From: Bigelowiella natans CCMP2755
Taxonomy: Eukaryota; Protista; Cercozoa
Assembly (NCBI GenBank): GCA_000320545.1
Contig: ADNK01000465.1
Location: forward strand, 1 to 62,287
Direction of reading: 5' to 3'
DNA length: 62,287 nt
Part shown: piece after piece, positions 21,701-32,639 of the stretch
How positions within the stretch are numbered: the stretch's first letter is position 1
Layout: each line of letters opens with the position of its first letter
The notes under the pieces: model-generated
What the model was told of the DNA's origin: nothing
The model's input: the letters and a program-made list of their open reading frames with translations, nothing else
Databases searched by the model: none
Translations under genes and position numbers: made by a program

Positions 21701-23721
21701 TCCAGCAGCTAAAGCTAGGGTTAAAACCTGCGGATGTTGCAGAAATAATCAATAGTGCCGACACGAATGCTGATATGGGGATCAGCTACGCTGAGTTTGC
21801 GGCGATGTTCCAAGACAAGGAGGATAACTATTCAAAAGATAAGGATTCGGATGGAAATCTAGATGCAAAGATTGTCTCAACCGCAAAGAAGTTCCTCAAA
21901 GACATGAAGAATCCGAAGAGAGTTAGTAAGAAGGAGTTATTGGAAGCCCAAAGAGCTGTCAACGCCTCAGCAGCAATCAAGGCCGGAAAAATAGCACAGG
22001 AAAAAGAAGAAGATATGCGAGCAGAAGCAAATATTAAAGATCCAGTTGCAAAGTATAAATCCATTATTCCAAACGGCTCAATATTCACATATTCCTACTG
22101 GGGAGGAGACTGCATAGCAAAATGGGTAGGATCAGAACTCTGGATAGGAGCAGTAAAATACATCAATAAAAATGGAACTGATGGCCTCCAAATTCTAAAA
22201 CTACGCCCAAATGAAGTCGAAAAACTTTTTGCGAATATGATCACAACCTGCTTGTGGGATAACCGTGATGAAAACAAAAGAGTAGAGTTCGTTGGAGATG
22301 ACAAAAAGAAGCCTGATCTTCTCTTTGACAAGAAGTATAGGATGTACTTCAAGTTCAAGAAGCTCCCAGCAGCAAAGAAAATTCGTTGCGACTCGATTTG
22401 TTTTCTTGTCGGTTGCCATGGCAACGTCCTAAGCTGTGATGGGAACAATCAGCCTCGATGCTCCAGCCAAAATCGTTTAGCATGGGAAGCTATGCATCTA
22501 ATTGATGAAGGAAGAGATCGTTACTGCATCCAGTCTCAAAAGAATAAGTGCTATTTAAGCACACAGCAAGATGGATCAGTAACGTTTAACGCAAAATCTA
22601 AAGAAAATAACGCAATCTGGTTCATTGAGGAAAAAGGGAGCAATCATTTTTTCGTCAACTCCCAGACCAACTATGCGCTTCAGGCACGTCCCAACGGCGG
22701 TGTTTTTGCTGTTAACACAAACCGCGCGGCTTGGGAAGCTTGGACTCTTGAGTATAAAGGAAACGATCCAGCTGCAAAGTATAAATCCATTATTCCAAAC
22801 GGCTCAATATTCACATATTCCTACTGGGGAGGAGACTGCATAGCAAAATGGGTAGGATCAGAACTCTGGATAGGAGCAGTAAAATACATCAATAAAAATG
22901 GAACTGATGGCCTCCAAATTCTAAAACTACGCCCAAATGAAGTTGATAAACTATTTGCGAATAAGATCACAACCTGCTTGTGGGATAACCGTGATGAAAA
23001 CACAAGAGTAGAGTTCGTTGGAGATGACAAAAAGAAGCCTGATCTTCTCTTTGACAAGAAGTATAGGATGTACTTCAAGTCCAAGTCTGTGATAAAAGCG
23101 ATCCACGCGATCTCGAGCAAACGAAATGAATCCGTGGCATACACTCCTCAACTCCCAACAGCGAAGAAAATTCGTTGCGACTCGATTTGTTTTCTTGTCG
23201 GTTGCCATGGCAACGTCCTAAGCTGTGATGGGAACAATCAGCCTCGATGCTCCAACCAAAATCGTTTAGCATGGGAAGCTATGCATCTAATTGATGAAGG
23301 AAGAGATCGTTACTGCATCCAGTCTCAAAAGAATAAGTGCTATTTGAGCACACAGCAAGATGGATCAGTAACGTTTAACGCAAAATCTAAAGAAAATAAC
23401 GCAATCTGGTTCATTGAGGAAAAAGGGAGCAATCATTTTTTCGTCAACTCCCAGACCAACTATGCGCTTCAAGCACGTCCCAACGGCGGTGTTTTTGCTG
23501 TTAACACAAACCGCGCGGCTTGGGAAGCTTGGACTCTTGAGTATAAAGAAAACCGACAGACCGATAAATCCGTAAAGACTTCGAAAAGGGTTGGTGAGAG
23601 AGTACAATTGGAAGACCAAAGACCCGTCGTCATCGCTCAGGTTGTTGAGCATGAAGAAATTCAACAGTCGGATGATTCTAAGAGTGCTAATTCTCCCTCG
23701 CAATGTTGCAGCATTGTTTGA
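9763..23721 (+). CDS. Giant (~4608 aa) DUF3638/DUF3645-type SF2 ATPase protein with RanBP2-type Zn fingers, jacalin-like domain, Cys-protease-like domain, EF-hands, duplicated beta-trefoil domains and a CaaX end
   Basis: ORFs 9763-12405 and 12427-23721 join in frame through one intron, 12302-12433 (G|GTGAG...TAG|GT). Motifs: WNCKRCKADN..CTVC, WICSRCFYTN..CHIC, GWYVDRLTFHLSDG, QMVMGSGKS, DEVD, LAVPFVGKDKPSCASEFAHPDV, FSGTP, QGAYRMR, DKDGSGELSMTE, DQDKNGILCTGE and terminal CCSIV. Confidence 0.88.
22039..23548 (+). repeat. Intragenic tandem duplication (~720-bp units, 22039-22759 and 22765-23548)
   Basis: DP(V/A)AKYKSIIPNGSIF...AAWEAWTLEYK occurs twice with near-identical DNA. The second unit has a ~60-bp in-frame insert. 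Confidence 0.95.
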
Positions 23722-24466
23722 ATGAATGAGATCTCTTGAATTACATCTAAAAATGCATTTGTTGTCAATGATTGCATGAGATTCCAGTTGATGATTCAAA
23801 AAAGAGCAAAGATGCATTTGCAAAAGTAAATTGTCGCATGGTGTTGCAGCATGTGTGCCATGGCAGCAAAAAGATGCTTGCATGTGTGTGTGCATTTAGG
23901 TTTTCAACGTGGAACCCCTGCCCATGCTAGCATGTAATGTGCATCGTGCTTCTCACAAAGCCGCAATGAAAGTAGTGTCGCGTTGATCGTGCGTGCCTTG
24001 CGCAATAATGCTAGAATGCGTTGATGTAAGCGATGGCTACGAGAACTGTTGGTCATCATGAAATCCAGCTAGCGATGCGGCAGCTCTCGTCGCCCATAGC
24101 TAGATAGTGGTCTCATTGCATCTCGTGACTGTCATGCAATGGAGATTTCATGCGATGAGAGGTGTAGGCGCGCCTAAGATTGAGCGATGAGCTACTAAGG
24201 GCTAGGAGGTGAGCAGCGATCACTGCAAATTCCACTCCACATACTAACATGCATGCATAAGTCTAGATAGACATCACAGACATAATGTGTCGATCTAGAC
24301 GTACACAATTAGCTTGTGACATGTCTATACACACGGTGCGAACAAGGGTGCATCCTAAACCGGCAATGTTCTAGCATTGTCGCGCTCCGATGCGCTCGTC
24401 ACATAGATGCTTCGCGCACCTAATTTTGAAAGGGAACGATGTTATAGCTGGGAAGCGAGTCTTGCC

Positions 24467-25357
24467 TCAGCGTGCACGAGAATGAACTCGCTGCTTTAGC
24501 TGACCTTCTCTGGAAATTAAATACCGATGGCCCTCCAACTTCTCCGAGCCAAAGAGAATGGGGCAGCCTTGGATATTGAGTTTCTCGAGGGATACAGAAC
24601 TGCGCAGAAAGGTGCAGATGGCGGCGGAAGAGGCCTCCGTGATTGAGTTAAAACTGACATCAATTTGAGACAGGTACTGCAGGCCCCCCAGTGCGGGAAA
24701 TAACGTGTTCCATCCCTGGTCAGTCACTCCAGTTGTGCTGAGATTCAGGTCTATTAGCGATGCCAAGCACCCACCCTCCCCCTCCCCCTCCTCTCCGTCC
24801 GCTGCCATGTATTCCTCCTCCGGCAGCGATGATGGCGGTGAGGATGCAAACAGTTCTGCCAGTAGCGTCGCGCAACGGTCATCGAAGAGCGAACAGGAGA
24901 AGTCCAAAGACACGATTTGAGCATGTTGCGCATACGTGTCGAGCTTGAAACTTCTCAAAAGCCCTCCAAGAGCCCGCCATCCCAACGCACAGTCGAAGAT
25001 GCGGATCTCAGAGGGCCAGAAAACGCCCTCTTGCTCCAAATCATCGAGTATCGAAATGACTGCGCGGTTGGCGCGAAGCCCCCCTTCCCTCTCTCTACTG
25101 ATGATCTCATAGCACTGGCGAAGCGTGGCGTTTTTAAGCTCTTTCAGACGCGCGGAAGTGCTTTTCACGCGGCGTTCGACAGTTTCTTCTCTGTTGTCGC
25201 TAGTGTTGTTTCTTGCGACCGCAGGTTGCTCTCCTCCTCCTCCTCCTCCTCCTCCCTCTTCCTGCTGCTTGTTATTAGATGAAGCGGCCAGTAGATTTTG
25301 GCAAATCATATGATCTTCTTCGTCGCTACTACTACTTCCCCCAGAAACCTGCATTGT

Positions 25358-25391
<34 letters not shown>

Positions 25392-25967
25392 CTATCGTCG
25401 TCATCTTCTGCTTGGTCCTCGGCGCTTATTCTTTTTCTTCTTCTAGCATACCAGCCGCCCTCATTATATTCCTTACTGCCACCTATTTCTTCCGAATCAA
25501 AGGCTGTGGTAGCAGATGCAGTAGTCGTAGTAGTACCTACGCCCTTCCCCCAGAAATCCAGCAACGATCCCCTTTCCCCCCCCCTTAATCTTCCGTTGCG
25601 GCTACTGCTGCTCAGAGCTTGTCGCTGCGACGATGGGTGTCTTCCATCTGGGCGCTGCCGCCACTTTTTGAATCCTCCTGTGAAATTATCCCTCCTCCAA
25701 CTACCGCTTATTACATTCGTGTCGACGTCATCACCACGACGATTTGAGCTGCTTCTGTTGCCTCCAGAGTTGTGCTGCTTGGATGATGGGGAAGACCCTC
25801 TGGCCCTCTTGCGTCTTGACGAGGGGAAGGAGGAAGTGGAGGAGTGGGAGGAGGAAGGGGGCCTGCTGTCGGGATTTTGAACATTTGGGTCATTATCATC
25901 ATCATCATCATCATCATTGTAAAAACTATAATTATTATCATCATCAAGAAGAGGCGTCAGTGAAAGA

Positions 25968-26006
<39 letters not shown>

Positions 26007-26068
26007 CTGCAAGCCAGATACATGCTGCTGCTGCTGCTGCTGATGATGATGCGGCTGTATTTGATTAC

Positions 26069-26100
<32 letters not shown>

Positions 26101-28159
26101 GTATTATGTGCTCAGACATCCTCAATTGATTGCTGTTGCTGTTTCGCCGCGCATGCATGTGCTACAACTACTACGCGTAGATAATCGGCCTCACATTACC
26201 TTCTCCCGCCGCCACGCTTCTGGCTTCTTCGGTTCGTCGTTCTTGGGCCTTTCCTCCTTCCATATCCGCCACAGCCATCGTCGCTGCTGCCCCCATGCCT
26301 CCTCCCCCTCTTACCCCTCCACCACCTTCTTCGGTCAAGCTCCCTCTCCATTCCCATCTGCCGCACCATCAGCGCGACGGTGTAGCTGTCAGTTGTGTGT
26401 AGTAAGCGTCGTCGTTGTGCGTTTTCGTCGCTATTCCTACCTACTACCCTACTACCACTACTACTACTACTTCTATTGCTGCCGCTGCTGCTGCCGCCCT
26501 TTTCCATGTACGCTCGGCGGTACTGACGCAGTTTCTGAATATCACGCATGCACTTTTTCTCCGTGGCCAGGTCACCTTGCTTGTCGCACACGAGCTCGAG
26601 GGCCTGTAGCAGCCGTAGCTGCGCCACGCTGTCGTTTGCAGAGCGTGCTAGTCTCAGCCCAGCTTCGATGCGGGAGCGACATGATGATAAGGATGATGAT
26701 GATGATGATGATGCTTTCAGCGTATCCGTCGCTGTCTCCTCCTCCTCCTCCTCCTCCTCTTCTTTCTCATGTGTAGTTTCTCCCCCCGAGCATTCGTAGC
26801 AGCACAGCTCGAGCACGCACGCAAGCTCGCCGTTCTTATCGCCAAGGCGACGATAGATGGCCTGCGCGCGCAGCAGCCACTGCCGTAGCCCTGTGTTCTC
26901 CCGACTTTGCTTTACAGCCCACCGGCCAGCAAGAAGGAGAGCCTCAGCCCGCTTCCGATCTGTGTTGTCGTCATCGTCGTCGTCGCCATTCTCATTCTCA
27001 TTATCATCGAGAATGGAGAGGAGAGTGGTGAGGTGGATGGTAACGTCGACTGACGTCTCTGCGTTGTCGTAACACAGCTGCAGCAATCGCATGATTAGTT
27101 CCTGTTGTTGTTTACGCGACGATTTCTCTTCGATGTCAACTTCTTCTTTTTCTTCCTCCTCCTTATCATCATTATCATTATCATCATTGTAGTCGCCGTC
27201 CTCCTCATCGTCATCCTCGTCGCTGCTGCTGTGGAGGAGCCGTCGCCTATTCGTCGTCCTCTTTTTCCTTTTCTTTTTCCCCGTCATCTTTTTCTTCTTC
27301 CTTCTCTTGGAGAGCATTCTCGCGAGCTGCGCTTCGATCCGATCGATTTCCTCCTTGCGTTCCAGCACCCTGCGGCAGAGGGCCATCTTCGCAGTGGCGT
27401 CCTTACTCCTCTCGTCTGTGTCATCGTTCTCATGGAGGTCGGAGAGGAGCAGCTTGGCGTCGGCGAAGCTTTGGAGCGCCAGCTGAAACTCCCCGTCCCG
27501 CATTCGCAGCTCTGCGTGCTTCACGTAGACCTGGGCCTTCTCGCCGAGAAGGAATAGGGGGTCGGCTGGGTTGTCTCCCGCGTGTAAGTCGCAGTACCTC
27601 GACGCGCGCTCGATGTACTTCTCGGCGGCCTCGAGAGATTTCTCCTCCTCCTCCTCCTCCTCCTTTTCCCTTTCGCCGCCTCCCACCTCAATCGCCATGT
27701 ACAGGTCGACGATTCGGAGACAGGTGAGGACGTAAGACACGTGCTCCTTATTGCGCTTTGCTACATCTAGAGCTTCGCGCAGGTAGTTGATGGATCGCCT
27801 GGCGCTTGCTGCAGCTACACTGCCTGTGGTGTGTGTGATGGCTCGCGTTCCCCCCCACCTCCTCGTCCTCCTCCCCCCCCCCCTCCTGCTGCTCTTCAGG
27901 AAGGAATTGATGCGAGGGTAGGAGTAAGCGATGGCCTTGGCCACGAGGGCCTGCTGGATCATCGAGTTTCCCTTTGAAGGTATGCGACGGGCCGAGAGCT
28001 GTTTGTTGTATCACACACCACGCAACACGCGCACACGCAGACGCCATCCAACATCAAACGATGGCAAACGACAGCAACAACGACGATGGACACATATTAT
28101 TATAATTATTACACCCCATCATCATCCTCCCCATGCGAGCATGGTAGTTGATGGGAGTC

Positions 28160-28204
<45 letters not shown>

Positions 28205-28688
28205 GGAACGAAGCAAGACGATATATCTTTTCCACATAAGTACTACAGCGCCTCCTCCTCCTCCTTCTCCTCCTCCAATAACAACAACAAGAAGAAGTAC
28301 TACTACCAGAGCTTCCTCGACATGACGGCCCGCTTTCGCCGCGAGCTCTTTGGCCTCTCTCCTCGAGCACCCACCAGCAGTAGCAACGTCATCGTACTCC
28401 TTCGCTCGGTCCAGGCACGCATACGCGAGGCGAAGATGCACATTCCAGGACTCTCCCACCAGCTGCTGAGCTTTTGCAAGCAGCCTCCACCTCTCATACG
28501 CCGCAGCTGCCTTCTCTTCGCTCCCCATGAGCATGTAGCAGTCGCCGAGGATGTGGTGCGAGTCAATCTCGAGGGACCTCCTCCCGCCGGAGTGAGTGAT
28601 GGAGAGCGCGCGCTGCCCGTACTGAATGGCCTCTTGGGGGATGTTGGCCTCGAGAAGCTTGCGAGCCACCTGTGCAGAAGCCGAAATT

Positions 28689-28757
<69 letters not shown>

Positions 28758-28789
28758 TAGCCAAGATGAAAGATGGGGAGGGGGGAACT

Positions 28790-28833
<44 letters not shown>

Positions 28834-28900
28834 GGAAGGCGGAAAGACTAAGGGGGAGAAGATGCTCATACAATGAAATAATGTGTCGATGTAAATATGC

Positions 28901-28939
<39 letters not shown>

Positions 28940-31900
28940 ATGTATATTCTTAAAAACAGGAACCTGTAAGCACCACAGAGCCTCTTGGTCTAGATTGCGG
29001 CTTCGCTCAGCATCCTCGAGTGCTCTCATGCAATCATCGATGTCTACCATAGAGAGGGGGGCGGCATCCTCATCAGAAAGACTGTCTTCATCTTTTTCAT
29101 CTTCTTCTTCTTCACTTCCTTCCAATCCCCCCCCCCTCCCCTCCTCCTCCTTTCCTCCTTCATCATCCTCGACTACGAACGGCCGTCTACTGCTTCCACC
29201 ATAGCGGTCCCCTCTCCTCCTCATCCGTTTTCTCCCGCCGGCGTTTGCTGCGCTAGAAGAAGCAGAGGGGGAGGGGAAGCGGCGACGGCCGTTTCTTTTC
29301 CTGACGTTGCTACATTCAACGTCCATTGAGGATGCGAAAGAAGGCCTCCTTCTACTTTTGACTCCTCTTCTCTCATCGTCATCATTATCGTCATCATCCT
29401 TGTTTTGCTCCCCCCCTTCGCTGCTGCTGCTGCTATCAAGCGTGCTCTCGAGGCTGGCGAGTGCATCTCCAGTCACTATGACTGACGATGACAGTCTGCT
29501 GGAAGCAGAAGCGGCTTTCGATGTCGATGATATATTTGCCCCCCTCCCTGTCTTTGTTGTCGTTGGCGAATCCGATTTTACACCCCCCCCCGCTGGTACT
29601 TGCGAGGAGTCAGACGCGAGGGCTGTATTTGGCTCCTTCTTCGCATTCAATTCATCCTCGCCACTTTCATGTTGCCGTTGGCGGTGTTGTTCCTTTTTAT
29701 TCTTCTTGCTACCGCAACCACTGCTACTAGCGCGAATACCACGACTGTCACGGAGGTTAAGGCGCAGGATCTGCTTCCGCAGCCTTGCGCTAAGGGATGA
29801 TGATGAGCTCGCTCTCTTGTTCTCATCTAGAATATCTCCCTCATCGAGCTCAGAGGAGCTCCCGCTCTCTTCGCCTTCCTCTTCTTTTTCCTCCTCCTCC
29901 TCCTCCTCCTTGCTGTTTTCTTTAAGCCGCTCCTCTACGTCAAGAATGCTGGTGAGGGTCTCCTGAAGCTTCTTGTCGTGGCGAGGTAAACTACTGCCTT
30001 TGGCAGAAGACGACGTCAGCGTTACGTAGATGTTGAAAAGAACCGACTTCTGGATGCTGAGATCGTGAAGCTCTCGGCTGATTTGCAGCGCCCGTTCGTA
30101 GGTTTTGACGACATCAGAGGGCGGGTATTTGGCCTCGTCCATCGCGTCCCCAAGGGAGCTAAGAGCTATGGCACAAGACTCGGTTTGCTGTAGCTTTTGG
30201 TAGATAGAAATCTCCTTCTGATGCCAGAGAACCGCCGATTTTCCTCTCTTTGCCTCTCTCAGCGCTTCGCCAATTCGCGCGTACAAACGGGCTTTCCGCT
30301 CCTCCTTTTCAGCAACGGCGATCTCACTCTCCCCTGTCGTCCTGCCCCCCCCATTCTCTTGATCATCATCGATGTAGCCCTCAAGCTCAATGCAGCACTT
30401 GGCTTCTTCCTCGCGCATGCCGAGGGCATTATAAAGATCAGCTAGCTCTGTAAGCACATCTGCCTTGCGCTTACCCCCCTCCTCACCATCCCCTGCATAT
30501 CGATGCAGCTCCCGCTTTAGCTGCTTCACCCGAGAGCTCTTTTTAGTCATCGCAGCGAGCTCCCGCATGAGCTCCTCGAAATCCTCGAACGGATACCCGC
30601 TCTTCCTTGCCCGCCGGAAGGCCTTCTTGGCGTCATCAAAGGCCCGTTTTCCTCTACGCACCTGTCCAAGGTTGAAGAACGCAGCCCCGAGGTCCTGCTG
30701 TGTCTCCTCCCCCTTCTCTCGAAAGTCGCTGTAGATGGAGATGCATCGGCTGAGAGCATCTTCTGCTAGCTCCAGGTTCCCGCTTCCCATATAGGCGACC
30801 CCGAGAGCGTTGAGGAACTGAGCCTCCCTCATAGTGTGCTTTGAGCACGTGTCCAACCCCTTCATGTACCTTGTTAGAGGAGACATGACAACAATAACAA
30901 CAACAATAATAACAACAACAACACTATAAACCCAGCGAATGCATGCATGTTTGGTGAGAAGAATGACGAAAACTGTAATGATAGTAGGGGGACGCATTTC
31001 ATACATCCCCATTCCTCACTATACGGATTCTACGGATATGTTAAAATTTGTGAGAAGAAGGAGATGCAACACTGCTGATAGTTCTGTCGCTGTCGCCGCC
31101 GTCCTAATGCTACTTTGCAGCTAGGCACCCACCACTCAATCGCCAGCTCATGACTTTCCTGAAGATCACACACCGTTCCAAGGTTAAGGTACGCGTCACG
31201 AAGATGCTTAAGAGCCTTTTTCGAATATTCAGGCATTTGACGTAGGGCCTCCGCCTCCTCCAGGCTCTCGTGAAAGTGACCGAGGGCTTTCTCAAGATTA
31301 AGTTCCTTTTTAATCGACCCCGAGAGCTGCGAAGACTCCGCTTTCTGTAGGTACGCGTTTCCCAGAGCACAATACGCCCTGAGGGGAGGGGATGAGAAGG
31401 ACTTTATTGGAAGAGATGGTAGCTAAACTATAGAAGAGTGGAGAATTTTCGCTTGCAGGGGATGGATCATCAAAGTGTAGGTTCTACCATCGTATTATCA
31501 AACCTCTGCAGTTCGAAGGCGTCCTTCTTTCGTGCTTTCGCCACCCCGACCTTGCGATGAAGCGCAATATCGCGTTCAAAGGATGATATTGCCTGAAAAA
31601 TAATATTTTTACCGTAAGCATTTTTGCTTCTGGGATGCAGGATATTGCGGATGTTAATGTTACTGTTCACCTCTTTAAATTTGTTTTGTCCCATGTAGCA
31701 GAGGCCCGCGAATCTGTGGGCCTTTGCTATTTCGAGAGGTTCGTTAAGCTTCTCGCATAATAACAGTTCCAGTTCGTGATACTGTGGAAGAGGTAGAGAA
31801 AAAAATGAGTCATTGTTTGCGCACATGTCGATGCATGCGACTGCGGTGTCGTCGACAAGTGCACAAGCCATTTCTCGGGAAGCTTCTTTCTTCGAAGCCG

Positions 31901-32072
31901 AATAATATATAAATACCTTCAATGCCGTGCCGTATTTCCCCTCTCGCCGAAGAATATCGCCTATTGACTCACAGTTAGTGGCTGCCTCGTGAACTGCGCC
32001 AGCATCGAGGGCGTCCTGCAGAGTTTTCCGCCATTGTTTCACCGATGCCAGCCGATGGCTAGCAACAGGCAT
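24467..32072 (-). CDS. Tonsoku/TONSL-like TPR + LRR protein (multi-exon; internal exon borders approximate)
   Basis: The N-terminal TPRs (IGDILRREGKYGTALK/YHELELLLC...EIAKAHRFAGLCY...ELQR) resemble the TONSL N-terminus. The C-terminal LRRs (LLRSFKL...SLDFSCSLFDD, LIDLNLSTTGVTD, IDVSFNSIT, LEKLNIQGC) resemble the TONSL LRR. ORFs 31470-32072, 28109-31012, 26196-27962 and 24467-26158 are its exon blocks. Confidence 0.75.
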
Positions 32073-32639
32073 CCTATTCTACACCTTACAGGCAAGGAAA
32101 TACATCAGGACAATTGTCATGGTGAAAAGAACGAAGTAGGATGCGACGTAAAATTGGAGGGAATGCAGAGAACACTTCGAAATAGCCGAAATCACAGAAA
32201 ATTATCTGACAACCTTGGCTCACAACGATCGCTCAATCGTTAACGCCCCTCCTTGCCCCAGCAATGCTGTTTCCTACCCATATGAATCGGAGTCAACATC
32301 GTGATGAAGCATAACAAAAAATTGATAAAGGTAGACTTCAATGAAACCTGGGAGAAGAGGATGGGACACCGAGCTTCTATTCAGGAAGGAATGATTACCT
32401 GTACAGGGAAGCGCGCGAACGCCTTTCCATTGATTTCTCAGCGAGTTCACCATCTAAAGGAAAATGTAGGTAATTCTTTGCATGCGACAACCTGATTACA
32501 TCGAGATTTCCCAGGCATTCACCTGACTGAATTCCAGGCTGAAAACATCGTACTGGGAACTCGTGGGACGATTCATTCTTGCAATGTTGGGGGAGCGGAT
32601 GGGTCAGCGTCCGATGATTCCTTCGACTCAAGCATTGAA

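Noticed and set aside
12427-23721. Independent 3764-aa gene with a GTG start
   Set aside because: The context is eukaryotic, and a canonical intron (12302-12433) joins it in frame to the upstream ORF.
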